A stretch of DNA of 64,000 nt, taken from Perna viridis (lineage: Eukaryota). Within the stretch, counting starts at the first letter, position 1; each line of letters starts with the position of its first letter. The translations under genes and the position numbers were made by a program. The notes under the pieces were generated by a model. That model saw nothing but the letters and a program-made list of their open reading frames with translations, was not told the DNA's origin and searched no databases. The stretch is taken from the NCBI GenBank assembly GCA_037379345.1, contig CM074517.1:9982001-10046000 (forward strand), given 5' to 3'. This document shows, one piece after another, positions 23,977 to 36,300 of the stretch.

Positions 23977-26277
23977 GACTCTCCCTACATTCAGTCTGAT
24001 GTTGATATTATAGACTCTCAATACATTCAGTCTGATGTTGATATTATAGACTCTCAATACATTCAGTCTGATGTTGATATTGTAGACTCTCCTTACATTC
24101 AGTCTGATGTTGATATTGTAGACTCTCCTTACATTCAGTCTGATATTGTTATTGTAGACTTCCTACATTCAGTCTGATGTTGATATTGTAGACTCCCTAC
24201 ATTAAGTCTGATGTTGATATTGTAGACTTCCTACATTCAGTCTGATGTTGATATTGTAGACTCTCCCTACATTCAGTCTGATGTTGATATTGTAGACTCT
24301 TCCTACATTCAGACTGATGTTGATATTGTAGACTTCCTACATTCAGTCTGATGTTGATATTGTAGACTCTTCCTACATTCAGTCTGATGTTGATATTGTA
24401 GACTTCCTACATTCAGTCTGATGTTGATATTGTAGACTCTCCCTACATTCAGTCTGATGTTGATATTGTAGACTCTTCCTACATTCAGTCTGATGTTGAT
24501 ATTGTAGACTCCCTACATTCAGTCTGATGTTGATATTGTAGACTTCCTACATTCAGTCTGATGTTGATATTGTAGACTCTTCCTACATTCAGTCTGATGT
24601 TGATATTGTAGACTTCCTACATTCAGTCTGATGTTGATATTGTAGACTCTCCCTACATTCAGTCTGATGTTGATATTGTAGACTCTTCCTACATTCAGTC
24701 TGATGTTGATATTGTAGACTCCCTACATTCAGTCTGATGTTGATATTGTAGACTCTCCCTACATTCAGTCTGATGTTGATATTGTAGACTCTCCCTACAT
24801 TCAGTCTGATGTTGATATTGTAGACTTCCTACATTCAGTCTGATGTTGATATTGTAGACTCTCCCTACATTCAGTCTGATGTTGATATTGTAGACTTCCT
24901 ACATTCAGTCTGATGTTGATATTGTAGACTTCCTACATCCAGTCTGATGTTGATATTGTAGACTCTCCCTACATTCAGTCTGATGTTGATATTGTAGACT
25001 CTCCCTACATTCAGTCTGATGTTGATATTGTAGACTTCCTACATTCAGTCTGATGTTGATATTGTAGACTTTCCTGACATTCAGTCTGATGTTGATATTG
25101 TAGACTTTCCTGACATTCAGTCTGATGTTGATATTGTAGACTCCCTACATTCAGTCTGATGTTGATATTGTAGACTCTCCCTACATTCAGTCTGATGCTG
25201 ATATTGTAGACTTCCTACATTCAGTCTGATGTTGATATTGTAGACTTCCTACATTCAGTCTGATGTTGATATTGTAGACTCTCCCTACATTAAGTCTGAT
25301 GTTGATATTGTAGACTTCCTACATTCAGTCTGATGTTGATATTGTAGACTCTCCCTACATTCAGTCTGATGCTGATATTGTAGACTTCCTACATTCAGTC
25401 TGATGTTGATATTGTAGACTTTCCTGACATTCAGTCTGATGTTGATATTGTAGACTTCCTACATTCAGTCTGATGTTGATATTGTAGACTTTCCTGACAT
25501 TCAGTCTGATGTTGATATTGTAGACTCTTCCTACATTCAGTCTGATGTTGATATTGTAGACTCTTCCTACATTCAGTCTGATGTTGATATTGTAGACTCT
25601 CCCTACAGTCAGTCTGATGTTGATATTGTAGACTCTTCCTACATTCAGTCTGATGTTGATATTGTAGACTTCCTACATTCAGTCTGATGTTGATATTGTA
25701 GACTCCCTACATTCAGTCTGATGTTGATATTGTAGACTCTCCCTACATTCAGTCTGATGTTGATATTGTAGACTTCCTACATTCAGTCTGATGTTGATAT
25801 TGTAGACTCTTCCTACATTCAGTCTGATGTTGATATTGTAGACTTCCTACATTCAGTCTGATGTTGATATTGTAGACTCTTCCTACATTCAGTCTGATGT
25901 TGATATTGTAGACTCTTCCTACATTCAGTCTGATGTTGATATTGTAGACTTCCTACATTCAGTCTGATGTTGATATTGTAGACTCTCCTAACATTCAGTC
26001 TGATATTGTTATTGTAGACTTCCTACATTCAGTCTGATGTTGATATTGTAGACTCCCTACATTCAGTCTGATGTTGATATTGTAGACTCTCCCTACATTA
26101 AGTCTGATGTTGATATTGTAGACTTCCTACATTCAGTCTGATGTTGATATTGTAGACTCTCCCTACATTCAGTCTGATGTTGATATTGTAGACTTCCTAC
26201 ATCCAGTCTGATGTTGATATTGTAGACTCTCCCTACATTCAGTCTGATGTTGATATTGTAGACTCTCCCTACATTCA
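23977..26277. repeat. 2.3-kb minisatellite, 34-36 bp x ~65 (GACT[CT]YCCTACATTCAGTCTGATGTTGATATTGTA)
   Basis: Very homogeneous array; variation is almost confined to a short pyrimidine linker. Confidence 0.98.
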
Positions 26278-26544
26278 TTCATTGTTAATATTTACAAACC
26301 ATGTAGAAGTTATTAACCAATAAAAAACATTAGAGTGGGACATAAGGATGAGAAAGGATTATGTCTTTGCTTCCAACAGTATGGTATGCTTTAGTATGCA
26401 GGTTTGGGTAGATGATGAAAGTGTTACATGAGTGATATCCTGAAAATTAGCGACAAAAAAAAGAGGTTCCCCCACAGATCAAAGGATGTCAGAAAGTCAA
26501 AATATCATACTGACAGTCACTTTCAGCAGTCATAAAGTAGCCAT

Positions 26545-27325
26545 AGTGTTGCTGGAGTATCCATAGGTATTCATTGGGTTGCCGGAGTACCCATAGGTAT
26601 TCATTGGGTTGCTAGAGTAGCCATAGGTATTCATAGGGTTGCTGGAGTACCCATTGGCATTCATTGGGTTGCTGGAGTACCCATAGGCATTCACAGCGTT
26701 GCTGGAGTACCCATAGGTATTCATTGGGTTGCTGGAGTACCCTTAGGCATTCATTGGGTTGCTTGACTACCCACTGACAATTTTAGGCTGCTGGAGTAGG
26801 TACCCATTACTGGATTACTGTGTTCCTAGAGTAACTGTGAGTATCTATTTACTGGGTTGCTTGATTACTGTGTCCCTGGAGTACCTATGGATATTTATTT
26901 ACTGGGTTGCTTGATTACTGTGTCCCTGGAGTACCTATGGGTATCTATTTACTGGGTTGCTCGATTACTGTGTCCCTGGAGTACCTATGGATATTTATTT
27001 ACTGGGTTGCTGGATTACTGTGTTCCTGGAGTAACTATGAGTATCTATTTACTAGGTTGCTTGATTACTGTGTCCCTGGAGTATCTATGGGTATTTATTT
27101 ACTGGGTTGCTTGATTACTGTGTCCCTGGAGTACCTATGGGTATTTATAGGGTTGCTGGATTCCATGGACATTCTTACACTCTTTGTGTCACTAGAGTAC
27201 CAATTGGCATTGGCTGGGTTGGTGGAGTACCAATGAGCATTTGCTGGGCTGGTGAAGTACCAATGAGCATTTGCTGGGCTGGTGGAGTACCTATAGGCAG
27301 TCATTGGGTTGCTTGAGCACCCAAT
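26545..27325. repeat. Composite minisatellite: 30-bp units, then 51-bp units, then diverged 30-bp units
   Basis: GGGTTGCTGGAGTACCCATAGGTATTCATT x ~7; GGGTTGCTTGATTACTGTGTCCCTGGAGTACCTATGGGTATTTATTTACT-type x ~6.5; GCTGGTGGAGTACCAATGAGCATTTGCTGG-type x ~4. Confidence 0.93.
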
Positions 27326-27897
27326 GTACCAAAAATTATCAAAATCCCTCAAAGCCTTTTTGATTTATTATACAACATGTTGACAGTAACACACAACAAT
27401 CTTTCCATCAAAAGACAGATGTATAAAAATCAAAGCAAAAAAATCTTTAATTCATGTCAAACTTTATCCATTCTTTATTGACTCTGCACAATGGCATTAT
27501 AGAAATATCCTGTAGTTTTTTCATCCTTATCTTAGACCGTCACAATAACAATCAATATTTAAGCAATAATTTTGGTCTTCATCACAATAAACATACTAGC
27601 ATTAAGATAATCACAGGAAATTATGATTTATTTTTACTTGGAAGTTTTCTTCTTTTACAGGAGTTATTGGAATATACCACTTTATACTGGAACTTGAGGA
27701 ATACTACAATTATTAAAGTAGTTTGTATGTTGTCTTTTACTTTCAACTGATCTACCAGAAAATCCGAGGTTTTACGCCACTCACAAAATTATGACAATTT
27801 TTAGAGAAAAAACCTTGTGCAATCTTTAATCACATCTTGGTATTTTTTTTAATACTTTTGCTATTTTATTATTTTCTATTTTTATTTGGTTGTGGTA

Positions 27898-28033
27898 GAG
27901 TAATCAAGGGAACCAAGGTTATAGCGGTAATCAAAAGAATGTAATCCAGGGACAAAGACCTGACAAGGAAAACAGACATACACAATAAAGAACACAAAGT
28001 AACTAAAATCATACATACAATGTAACAAAAGCA
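27898..28033 (-). mobile_element. 3'-terminal fragment of the Penelope-like element at 41220
   Basis: GAGTAATCAAGGGAACCAAGGTTATA...ACAAAAGCA aligns to 41220-41355 from the same terminus. Confidence 0.85.
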
Positions 28034-28162
28034 TGATGTCTGACTTCCTTACACTGTGGTCTTATCATCATGCAGCAAGCTTTAAAAACTTCCATGTGTT
28101 TCATTATTTTTGTAACCAGTTATGAACATGAACTGTTTTTACTTTGGCTACCAATTAAGCAC

Positions 28163-28415
28163 AACTGCCTCAGTAGTCTTGTGGTACCATACTTGACCTA
28201 AGTACAGACAGTCATGCCAGTCATATCTGAAGCTGAGGCACACCCAAAGACTTTAAATTTTGTGATTACTGGTTTTCATTCACACATGTGACATATACGT
28301 AACATAGTGGCATCTGGTTGTCTAAATATCAGAAAAATGTGTCTGAGTGAGGTGATATGCCACCTGTTACTTTTGTGAACTGTAACTATAATGTAGTACA
28401 CAAATATCAAATCAG
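28163..28415 (+). mobile_element. Highly decayed tRNA-derived SINE (MetaSINE-like core)
   Basis: A-box-like head (CTCAGTAGTCTTGTGGTA), then CCAAAGACTTTAAATTTTGT...CTGGTTG...ATCAGAAAAATGTGTCTGAGTGAGGTGATATG. Recognised from memory of mollusc Meta-core SINEs, not aligned. Confidence 0.5.
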
Positions 28416-28659
28416 ATTTATGACCATAGCATTCTCCCTAAACAGAGTTATATCGCAGCTAGAAATTACATTTATGAATAACACAGATAAATCCTGACGA
28501 CTAGAAACAACTACTGTATCTCCACACTGAATTATTGTCCATCACCTAATAGCAATAAGTTTCTTCATCTTCTTGTGTTCTGACAAGCACAAATGTAAAG
28601 GGAGTTAAATCTCTCCATTTACAACAAAGGGAGACAATCAATAATGTGAACTGTTGATA

Positions 28660-29599
28660 TGGTACCAGTATTGCATTACATATCCCTGAGCGGGTGTACG
28701 TCAAAACATGGAGGATATAAAAATATAGTGTATTTTCTTTTTGCCTCTCTACAAACTAATGTTTTGTCAAAAGATATGAACAATGACTTAAAAAATAGAG
28801 CAAACATAACACTATAAGATGACAAACTTTTTGTTAATAAAATCTAACATTATAACATAAAAAACATAAAAAATGTTCCACTGAAAAGGTTGCTTTGATG
28901 AGTGCAAAGAGAAAGTGAAAGTATAGTTTAGAAAAGTTGGTTGTACAGGTTCATATGCTTTACCTTAAATAAGAAGCTCCCTTGTGTTAAAGACAAAAAA
29001 GGAGGTTTGGATATTGATATTTTCATGTATGGAACTCAAAAGTAGGGATCGAATAAAGATTTCGAACTCATAGTACAGCTAATGTATCTGCCATGTCAGA
29101 ATAAACCACAAATTTGCTTAGTTTGACTAATGCAGCAGCTTTTTATCGAAAATAATCTTTTCTGGCAAATATTGAAATATTAGTCTTATGCCTGCAATAG
29201 GGTACCTATATAAAAATTTGAATAGAAAAACACATGTTTGTAGCAGGGCAGTGATATTCTGGATTTTCAGTATAAAAATGAATGGTCTAGTAGAAAAACA
29301 GCAACTTTTATGATTATATTGAAATATTTATTAGTAATAGGTACCAGTATAGCATCGTATATCCCTGAGCAGGTGCAGGTCAAATTATGGAGGGTATAAA
29401 AATATAGTACATTTTCTTTTTGCCTCTCTACAAACTAATGTTTTGTCAAAAAATATGAATAATGACTTATAAAATAAAGAAAACATCACACTATAAGATG
29501 ACAAACTTTTTGTTAATAAAATCTAACATAATAACATAAAACATAAAAATGTTCCACTGAAAAGGTTGCTTTGATGAGTGCAAAACGAAAGTGAAAGTA
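28660..29599. repeat. Local direct duplication of ~260 bp (28660-28924 and 29340-29599)
   Basis: Both copies run GGTACCAGTAT...TTTTGCCTCTCTACAAACTAATG...GGTTGCTTTGATGAGTGCAAA..GAAAGTGAAAGTA. Confidence 0.92.
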
Positions 29600-31231
29600 G
29601 AGAAAATGGCTACTTAAAGTTCAAGACTACTTTTCTGTCTGATTTTCGTGGACTCATCCTACCGATACTTTTTTTTGCAGGAAATTTTTTTTCAGATATC
29701 CTTAGAAATGCTACATACGTGAAAGTTTTATCAACTTTTTTTTTAAAATCCTAAAAATATGCACTTCATTATAGAAGTCTATGGGAGTACTAATACAATA
29801 CAGAGACCATATCCATATACAGAAATCCAATAAAATTAGATCACATTTCTGTAAGTATTGGACACTATTGGTCAGACTGCTCTCTTGAGTAATAATCAAT
29901 TCCCTAATCAATATGTCTGTCTCAAAAAATTCTAATTATATCAATATGGGTTCAAATAAGGACTACAGATTATGAAAGGTGATACTTGCAGTGGTTAAGA
30001 AGGGGCTTACTTTAGCTTCTTCAGAAAAATCCAAAATTTTAAGAGGCCATTTCTGAAAACTGAATACAATTTTTGTAACAAAAGCAAAACCTTGCATCCC
30101 TTTGCACAGCAAAAATCAACAGATTGCCTTGTCCTTTGACCTCAATGACCTTGTAATACAACAGCCTACAAGACTATCCCGAGAACAACGTTCAATCTGA
30201 TATAAATCCATTCAAAAATTTTAGTTCTTAAGAGTTTACAATACAAGGATGCTATGGACCGAGGTACAGGTAGACAGGTGCAGCCCAAATAACAGATAGA
30301 TAGTAGCATTACTTCTACATTCACAACTTCTATAAGAATGACTGATGTAAATACACTTATCTTTCCAGTAAAAGACACTGTAAAAATGACTGGCCCTATA
30401 TAACCTAAAAAGTATCCATTATGGTTGATTAAAAATAATGGGTAGGCCATAATAACTATGATGTAAATAAAAGTAATACATACATACATTTAGTCTTAAA
30501 GATCAATCAAATATCTCCCAAAAATTAAGTACACCAGAATGTAATAGATCAGATTGACTTCATCAAAACATACTACATTTATTGACAATCTAATCTCATA
30601 AAAAACAAGTTCTTCCTCATTGCTTCAAGAGATCTCTCATTCAAAATTAGGCTACAGGAAGTAATGTTTTAGCTTCAGCCCTGTCAATATTATGGTAATA
30701 TAGGAAATATGGTCATATAGTGATGCAACTATTTTGCTGTGAAAGATATAACCACTTTTATATGTGCAGTGGTTTTTTATTATTCAGTTTAAAGTTATCA
30801 GCTTGACAAACATTTGAATAATAATTCAAATTAAATTCATATCTACATCTCAAAATCATCAAATACAAAAAAGGAAAGGGCATTCTAATGTTCCTATCTC
30901 ATTAACAAAAAGCAATTATTCATCCAACATTTAAATTTAAATTTGGTCTGAAGGTCATCAGAACAAATCGTTTTTCCTGTTATGAAGGAATTGATGGTTT
31001 GAGGAGGAACAATGCCAGAAGGACAGACACCTTGTACATCATTTCTATGTGCATGCACCTCATGGTAGCAGACACCAATACAAAATTCCCTATATCTTAT
31101 TTTAAAAGAATGGAAAGTAATGCATGTGTTTATGTTAATACTTTAGGGTAACAATCATGAAACTGATGCCTTTAAATTTTAGGATAAGTCACATAAGAAT
31201 TCCTACATTATTAATCTGATGTTTACCTGTA

Positions 31232-31411
31232 CAGTGAAACCTGTCTAAACTGAACCCTATTTGACCTGTAGAATTTGTTCAGTTTAGACAGGTTTTCACT
31301 TACTCAGCTCAAAATACATGTAAACAACCGATAACACAGAGGGATTCTTAAAGTATCTGACATTGACAGGTTTTTGGTTTATTCTGGTTTTGGTTCAGAC
31401 AGATTTAGCTG
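31232..31411. mobile_element. MITE of the CAGTGAAACC family, 180 bp, no tandem array
   Basis: TA|CAGTGAAACCTGTCTAAACTGAAC ... GGTTCAGACAGATTTAGCTG|TA, with an internal inverted TIR-like copy at ~31275-31300. Confidence 0.8.
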
Positions 31412-32149
31412 TATTTTTTTTATGTTTTTGAATATTGTCCTCATGCAGATCTCTATTTTAATACAGCAGACATTCTGCCATAACATAAATATGGCAGATA
31501 AATTGAATTAATCTTGAACAGTTCAAGAAAAGTTCATGTCATATATTATTACTCAAAGACAAATAGTGAACATTTCATCAATATAAATAAGTTGCTTCAA
31601 TTAAAGGCAAACAGTAACTTTCTAATCAAAACACACTGAATGAACGTAAAACAAATTATACTGAGAGCATTACCCAACTATATATGTAAGTGGTAATTTT
31701 ATTACGGAAGTAGCCATCTCAAAATTACTAAAATTGGTATTAAACTCAAACCAGAGACCAATATCCGGTCAGTGAATCATTAATATTAAAATTGACAGTT
31801 CCCTCCTGTCTCAAGATTAAGAAATCAATATTCAATTACAAACTGACTGTGTCCACAAACAAATTATTGAATGTTGTGATAGTTATACATTCAAGGCAGC
31901 AGTATAACTTTAGTTTTAACTATACAATACAGAGCTAAGTTCTATCTCCCACATAAGAAATGTTAAACTAAAGACAAGGACATATACTGAATATTACATG
32001 CCAAAATCATGACATAATTCAACCCTTCACCAATATCACCCCACAGGCTGTTGATACAGCATGCGATACATATTTTGGCATGTTATATTCATTATATCTG
32101 ATATTTTAACTACTACTTCAAGTGTGTTCTGAGAAGCGATGCAATTTAG

Positions 32150-33027
32150 GGCATGTGATATAGGTCTAGGAGTGTGATATAGGGTATGCAATATAAGTCT
32201 AGGGGTGTGATATAGGGTATGTGATATAGGTCTAGGGGTGTGATATAGGGTATGTGATATAGGTCTAGGGTTGTGATATAGGGTATGCAATATAGATCTA
32301 AGGGAGTGATATAGGGTATGTGATATAGGTCTAGGGGTGTGATATAGGGTATGCAATATAGGTCTACGGGTGTGATATAGGGTATGTGATATAGGATATG
32401 ATATAGGGTATGCAATATAGGTCTAAGGGAGTGATATAGGGTATGTGATATAGGTCTAGGGGTGTGATATAGGGTATGCAATATAGGTCTAGGGGTGTGA
32501 TATAGGGTATGTGATATAGGTCTAGGGGTGTGATATAGGGTATGCAATATAGGTCTAAGGGAGTGATATAGGGTATGCAATATAAGTCTAAGGGTGTGAT
32601 ATAGGGTATGCAATATAGGTCTAGGGGTGTGATATATAGTATGTAATATAGGCCTAGGAGTGTCATATATAAAACGTAATATAGGTCTAGGGGTGTGATA
32701 TATAGCATGTAATGTAGGTCTAGGGGTGTGATACATAGTATGTAAAGTAGGTCTAGGGGTGTGATATATAGTACGTAATATAGGTCTAGGGGTGTGATAT
32801 ATAGTATGTAATATAGGTCTAGTGGTGTGATATAGGCTATGAAATATAGGTCTAAGGGTGTGATATAGGGTATGCAATATAGGTCTAGGGGTGATATATA
32901 GTATGTAATATAGGTCTAGGGGTGTGATATATAGTATGTAATATAGGTCTAGGGGTGTGATATATAGTATGTAATATAGGTCTAAGGGTGTGATATAGGG
33001 TGTGCAATAGTCTAGAAGTGTGCAAAA
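32150..33027. repeat. Minisatellite, 33 bp x ~26 (GATATAGGGTATGCAATATAGGTCTAGGGGTGT)
   Basis: Tandem array built from two related sub-units; explains track ORFs 32036-33106. Confidence 0.96.
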
Positions 33028-33029
33028 TA

Positions 33030-33360
33030 GGGTCTGTAAGTCTCGTTCTAGTTGGATTTTCCTTACCAGAATTTCTGGTGTAGAACATATTGAAACCTGT
33101 CTGCATTTTATTGTTTACTTCCGGGATATCGAAATGCTGTATTACAACGCTGAGTCTTCTATTTTAGGTTTTTTCTTAACATTTTTATCATGTGGAAATA
33201 GATATTTGTCATTTCTAATGGTATTTTTACATGAAAATATGTTTTACTTTTATATACTGAATCAAACACACTAGAAATGACAAATCTCTATAGATTTGAA
33301 TGGTAGACTAGGACCCATTCTCGTGAAATCATGGAGTCACATGACAAGACTTACAAACCC
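33030..33360. mobile_element. MITE, 331 bp, TIR GGGT[C/T]TGTAAGTCT[C/T]GT, TA-flanked
   Basis: TA|GGGTCTGTAAGTCTCGT ... ACAAGACTTACAAACCC|TA; a second partial copy lies at 50037. Confidence 0.85.
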
Positions 33361-36300
33361 TATAGGGTAAACAATATATGGTTTCAACAAACACCTATAA
33401 TGCTTATACAAAAACGGTATATTTTAATCTAAATACATGACAGATAGTAATAAGATCTCCTTTTATAAATATCATAAGAACAAAATTCAATTTTCTTTTA
33501 CTGAAAACCATTTTCTGTGCCCATGCAGAAAATAAAAATGTTGGTAGCTTGAAATAGATCTGTTCAAAACAAACCCACATTATGTATTTGTATGTACAAA
33601 GTATTTGTACATCACATATTTAATAGGTACTTGTAGGACATACACTAAAATTTAAAAGAGAGTATTTTTTCACTAACTCTATCTTTGATAACACAATCCT
33701 GGCAAACAAAAACTGGTAGACTGATCCCATATCAATCAAACCAAACCATCCATACATTCCAGTCCACTATAGATATCACCATTAGTCACAACTGTCCATT
33801 TAGGATGATAGATGTTACCAGAAGACAAAGTTCAAGTATGTATTTCCTCAGTACAAAATGTCAGGCCAACATAAAACATTGGTAAAAAAATCAATGTTAT
33901 GTTGGGCAATTGTACATTATGATCTCTAATTTATTTACCAGTCTCTGGCATAATGCAACCAGTAATAAAAGCCTACACTAGTCTGATCTAGTGATTAGTT
34001 GTTCCATAAGTTGGTGAAGTTTGCCTTGCAGACTGCAAGAGGATGTCAGCTTATGACATAACTGTAAATCCAGACTTTATCAAATCTAAAACAAAGAAAC
34101 CAGTCTTAACCAAATCCTGAAAAACCTGAAAATTGTCTAAACCACATTCTTTTAAAAGCTCCTTTATATCAATTTAAATGTATTTTGAACCTTCTTAAAC
34201 CAAACCATTTTTACCAAACCAATTTTGTTGTCCAAAAGAAATATAGTTGAGTCAGGTTTGACCATCCTTTTTTTCTTAACTTTTGCAGCTTAATCATGAC
34301 ATTGTACTAAAGCTCCATCCATATACAATGTTATCCTAATTCATTCAAGACATTTAACTTTTTTTTATTCAGAAACTTACCTACGCAACTAAGACTATAG
34401 ACCTTACTTACTACTGAAGACTAAACAAGGTCAACTTGAGTTTTAGCAGACCTTGATTCTATATTTGGTAATATTCCTGGAGCGGAGAGTCTATTTATAA
34501 TCCTCATTTATTCTCAACCAATCATTATTCACTACTGATTTAAAGCCTGCAACAGGTAATATCTGATTTACTTCTACAATAATTCTCAAGGTGGCAACCC
34601 ATAATCTTTCTGATTAAATGAATTTTAGGTCTGTTTACACAATAGAAAATTCCTCTTAAAATCCTGAATTATGGTGTTGTCACATAACTAATTGGTGAAT
34701 CATTGGATCAATAAATGATATTACAGAGATAAGACTGAATACAAGCAGTAATGCAACATTTGGAAAAGCATGCTTAAATACAAGCAAGAGAAGACTAGTA
34801 CAGACTACAATAAAGCAATCACCATTGTTACAAGACCATGTCTTGTCAAAAATTTTGTTATGCAAAATCTCCTGCAATTTGGAAATGAATTGCAGGAGAT
34901 CTCTTGCAAAGAGGATCCAGAAGGTTAACAGGTGTGAGTATGTCTAAATTTTAAAACAACCGAAATTTAATTCCCCTAAAGCACAGATGAAGGAATTAAT
35001 TTTATTGCACCGATATTTCTAGTCCAGTAAATAAGAGAAAAACATACATATTAAAACACTATAATAAAAAATCGTAGGTGAAAGTTTTTAGTTGATTAAA
35101 GACATTTAGACCAATTGAGCCTAACTTAGAAACCGTCATTCAAAAGTGATGTTACCATGGTAACAAATTGAGTAATTTAGTGTTTTGCAGTTGTTAATGC
35201 ATGCATCAAGTGACAAAACCACGATTTGTCTGGAAGTTTTATAAATCAATCTAAAATTACCAACATTATGCTGGTACTCCCCTATATTCTATGCTGGTTT
35301 CCATGACATCATACTACTGAATATGTCTGATCTTTACCGTACTTTTTTAACAAATGTCAAAATACTGGCAAATCAGTGCAAAAGACCCATACATGAACAG
35401 AATGTGACAATCCTTTTCTTATTTATCTTCAGATATAAATCTTGTCAACAATGAACATGACATTTAAGATTACTGGAGTGCCATAGACTGTTTTATATAG
35501 TTACTGTGTAGTAACAACAACTTACTGAGCTGAATTCTAACATGGTTTCACCCCATCATCAACATGTATCTATCCACAGTCAAGGGATGCTGGTCATTAA
35601 TGTATGTTTAGTTTTACTTTTAAGTTTCATTTTGAAGACGTTTCATGGCTCTATTACTTTGGATGTTTTTACTGGTGTTATCGAAGCCTTTCAGAGCTTA
35701 CTTAAAGGTGTGTTTACACTTGTTAAAGACCTTTTGGTGATCAGAGAGTTTGGTGATCAGAGAGTATTTGAGTTTGCTGGTGCATTCATTGAGTTTCACC
35801 ATATCTGTTCTTTTTTTTATTGATTCTGAATCTTTAGCTTTAATCTTACTTCATTACTTGAAACTAAAACAAACATTTCCAAAAATTCAATGTACTACCA
35901 TGGCACAATCCCTTCCCTAGTTACAATAACAAAATCACATAATAGCTTAAATACAGTTTTATTTATTTATAAGTCATAATGGTAGATATGACTGATTCAT
36001 TTATATGGAACATAACCACAAACTGTGCATAAAATTTGCTTGATATTTTTAAATGATTTAATTAGTTTGATTTGTAGTAAGTTTTCTGATTGGTTGGGTT
36101 TTTGGGCAACATAGATTATTTTGTATTAAATAAATTGATACTTTAGAAAAAGGAAGAGATGTGGTGAAACCAAAGTAATGCACCATCATATAACTTTAAT
36201 AAAAATAGCAAATACATACTATGACATTAAATTTGATAAGCCTGCAGTCTATGATTCAACTTATCCAAAACTATGTAATGTTTTGATAAAGAATCAAATT

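Noticed and set aside
23977-26277. CRISPR-like look of 30-36 bp repeat arrays (also 18034, 48195, 51685, 60328)
   Set aside because: Units are head-to-tail with no unique spacers, there are no cas genes and the context is eukaryotic; these are minisatellites.
28660-29599. Direct repeats as LTRs of a TRIM or LTR element
   Set aside because: No TG...CA termini, primer-binding site or target-site duplication visible.
29565-29620. TTGATGAGT-GCAAA-ACGAAA resembling a minimal hammerhead ribozyme core
   Set aside because: Core is UUGAUGA rather than CUGANGA, I could not build stem III with an NUH site, and the sister copy at ~28900 breaks stem II.
26530-33106. Repetitive peptide ORFs (NTYGYSSNPM, HTLYHTPRPI, LDYCVPGVPM) as structural or adhesive proteins
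   Set aside because: Open frames follow from unit lengths of 30, 33 and 51 bp, occur on both strands, are broken by indels and lack splice or signal-peptide context.
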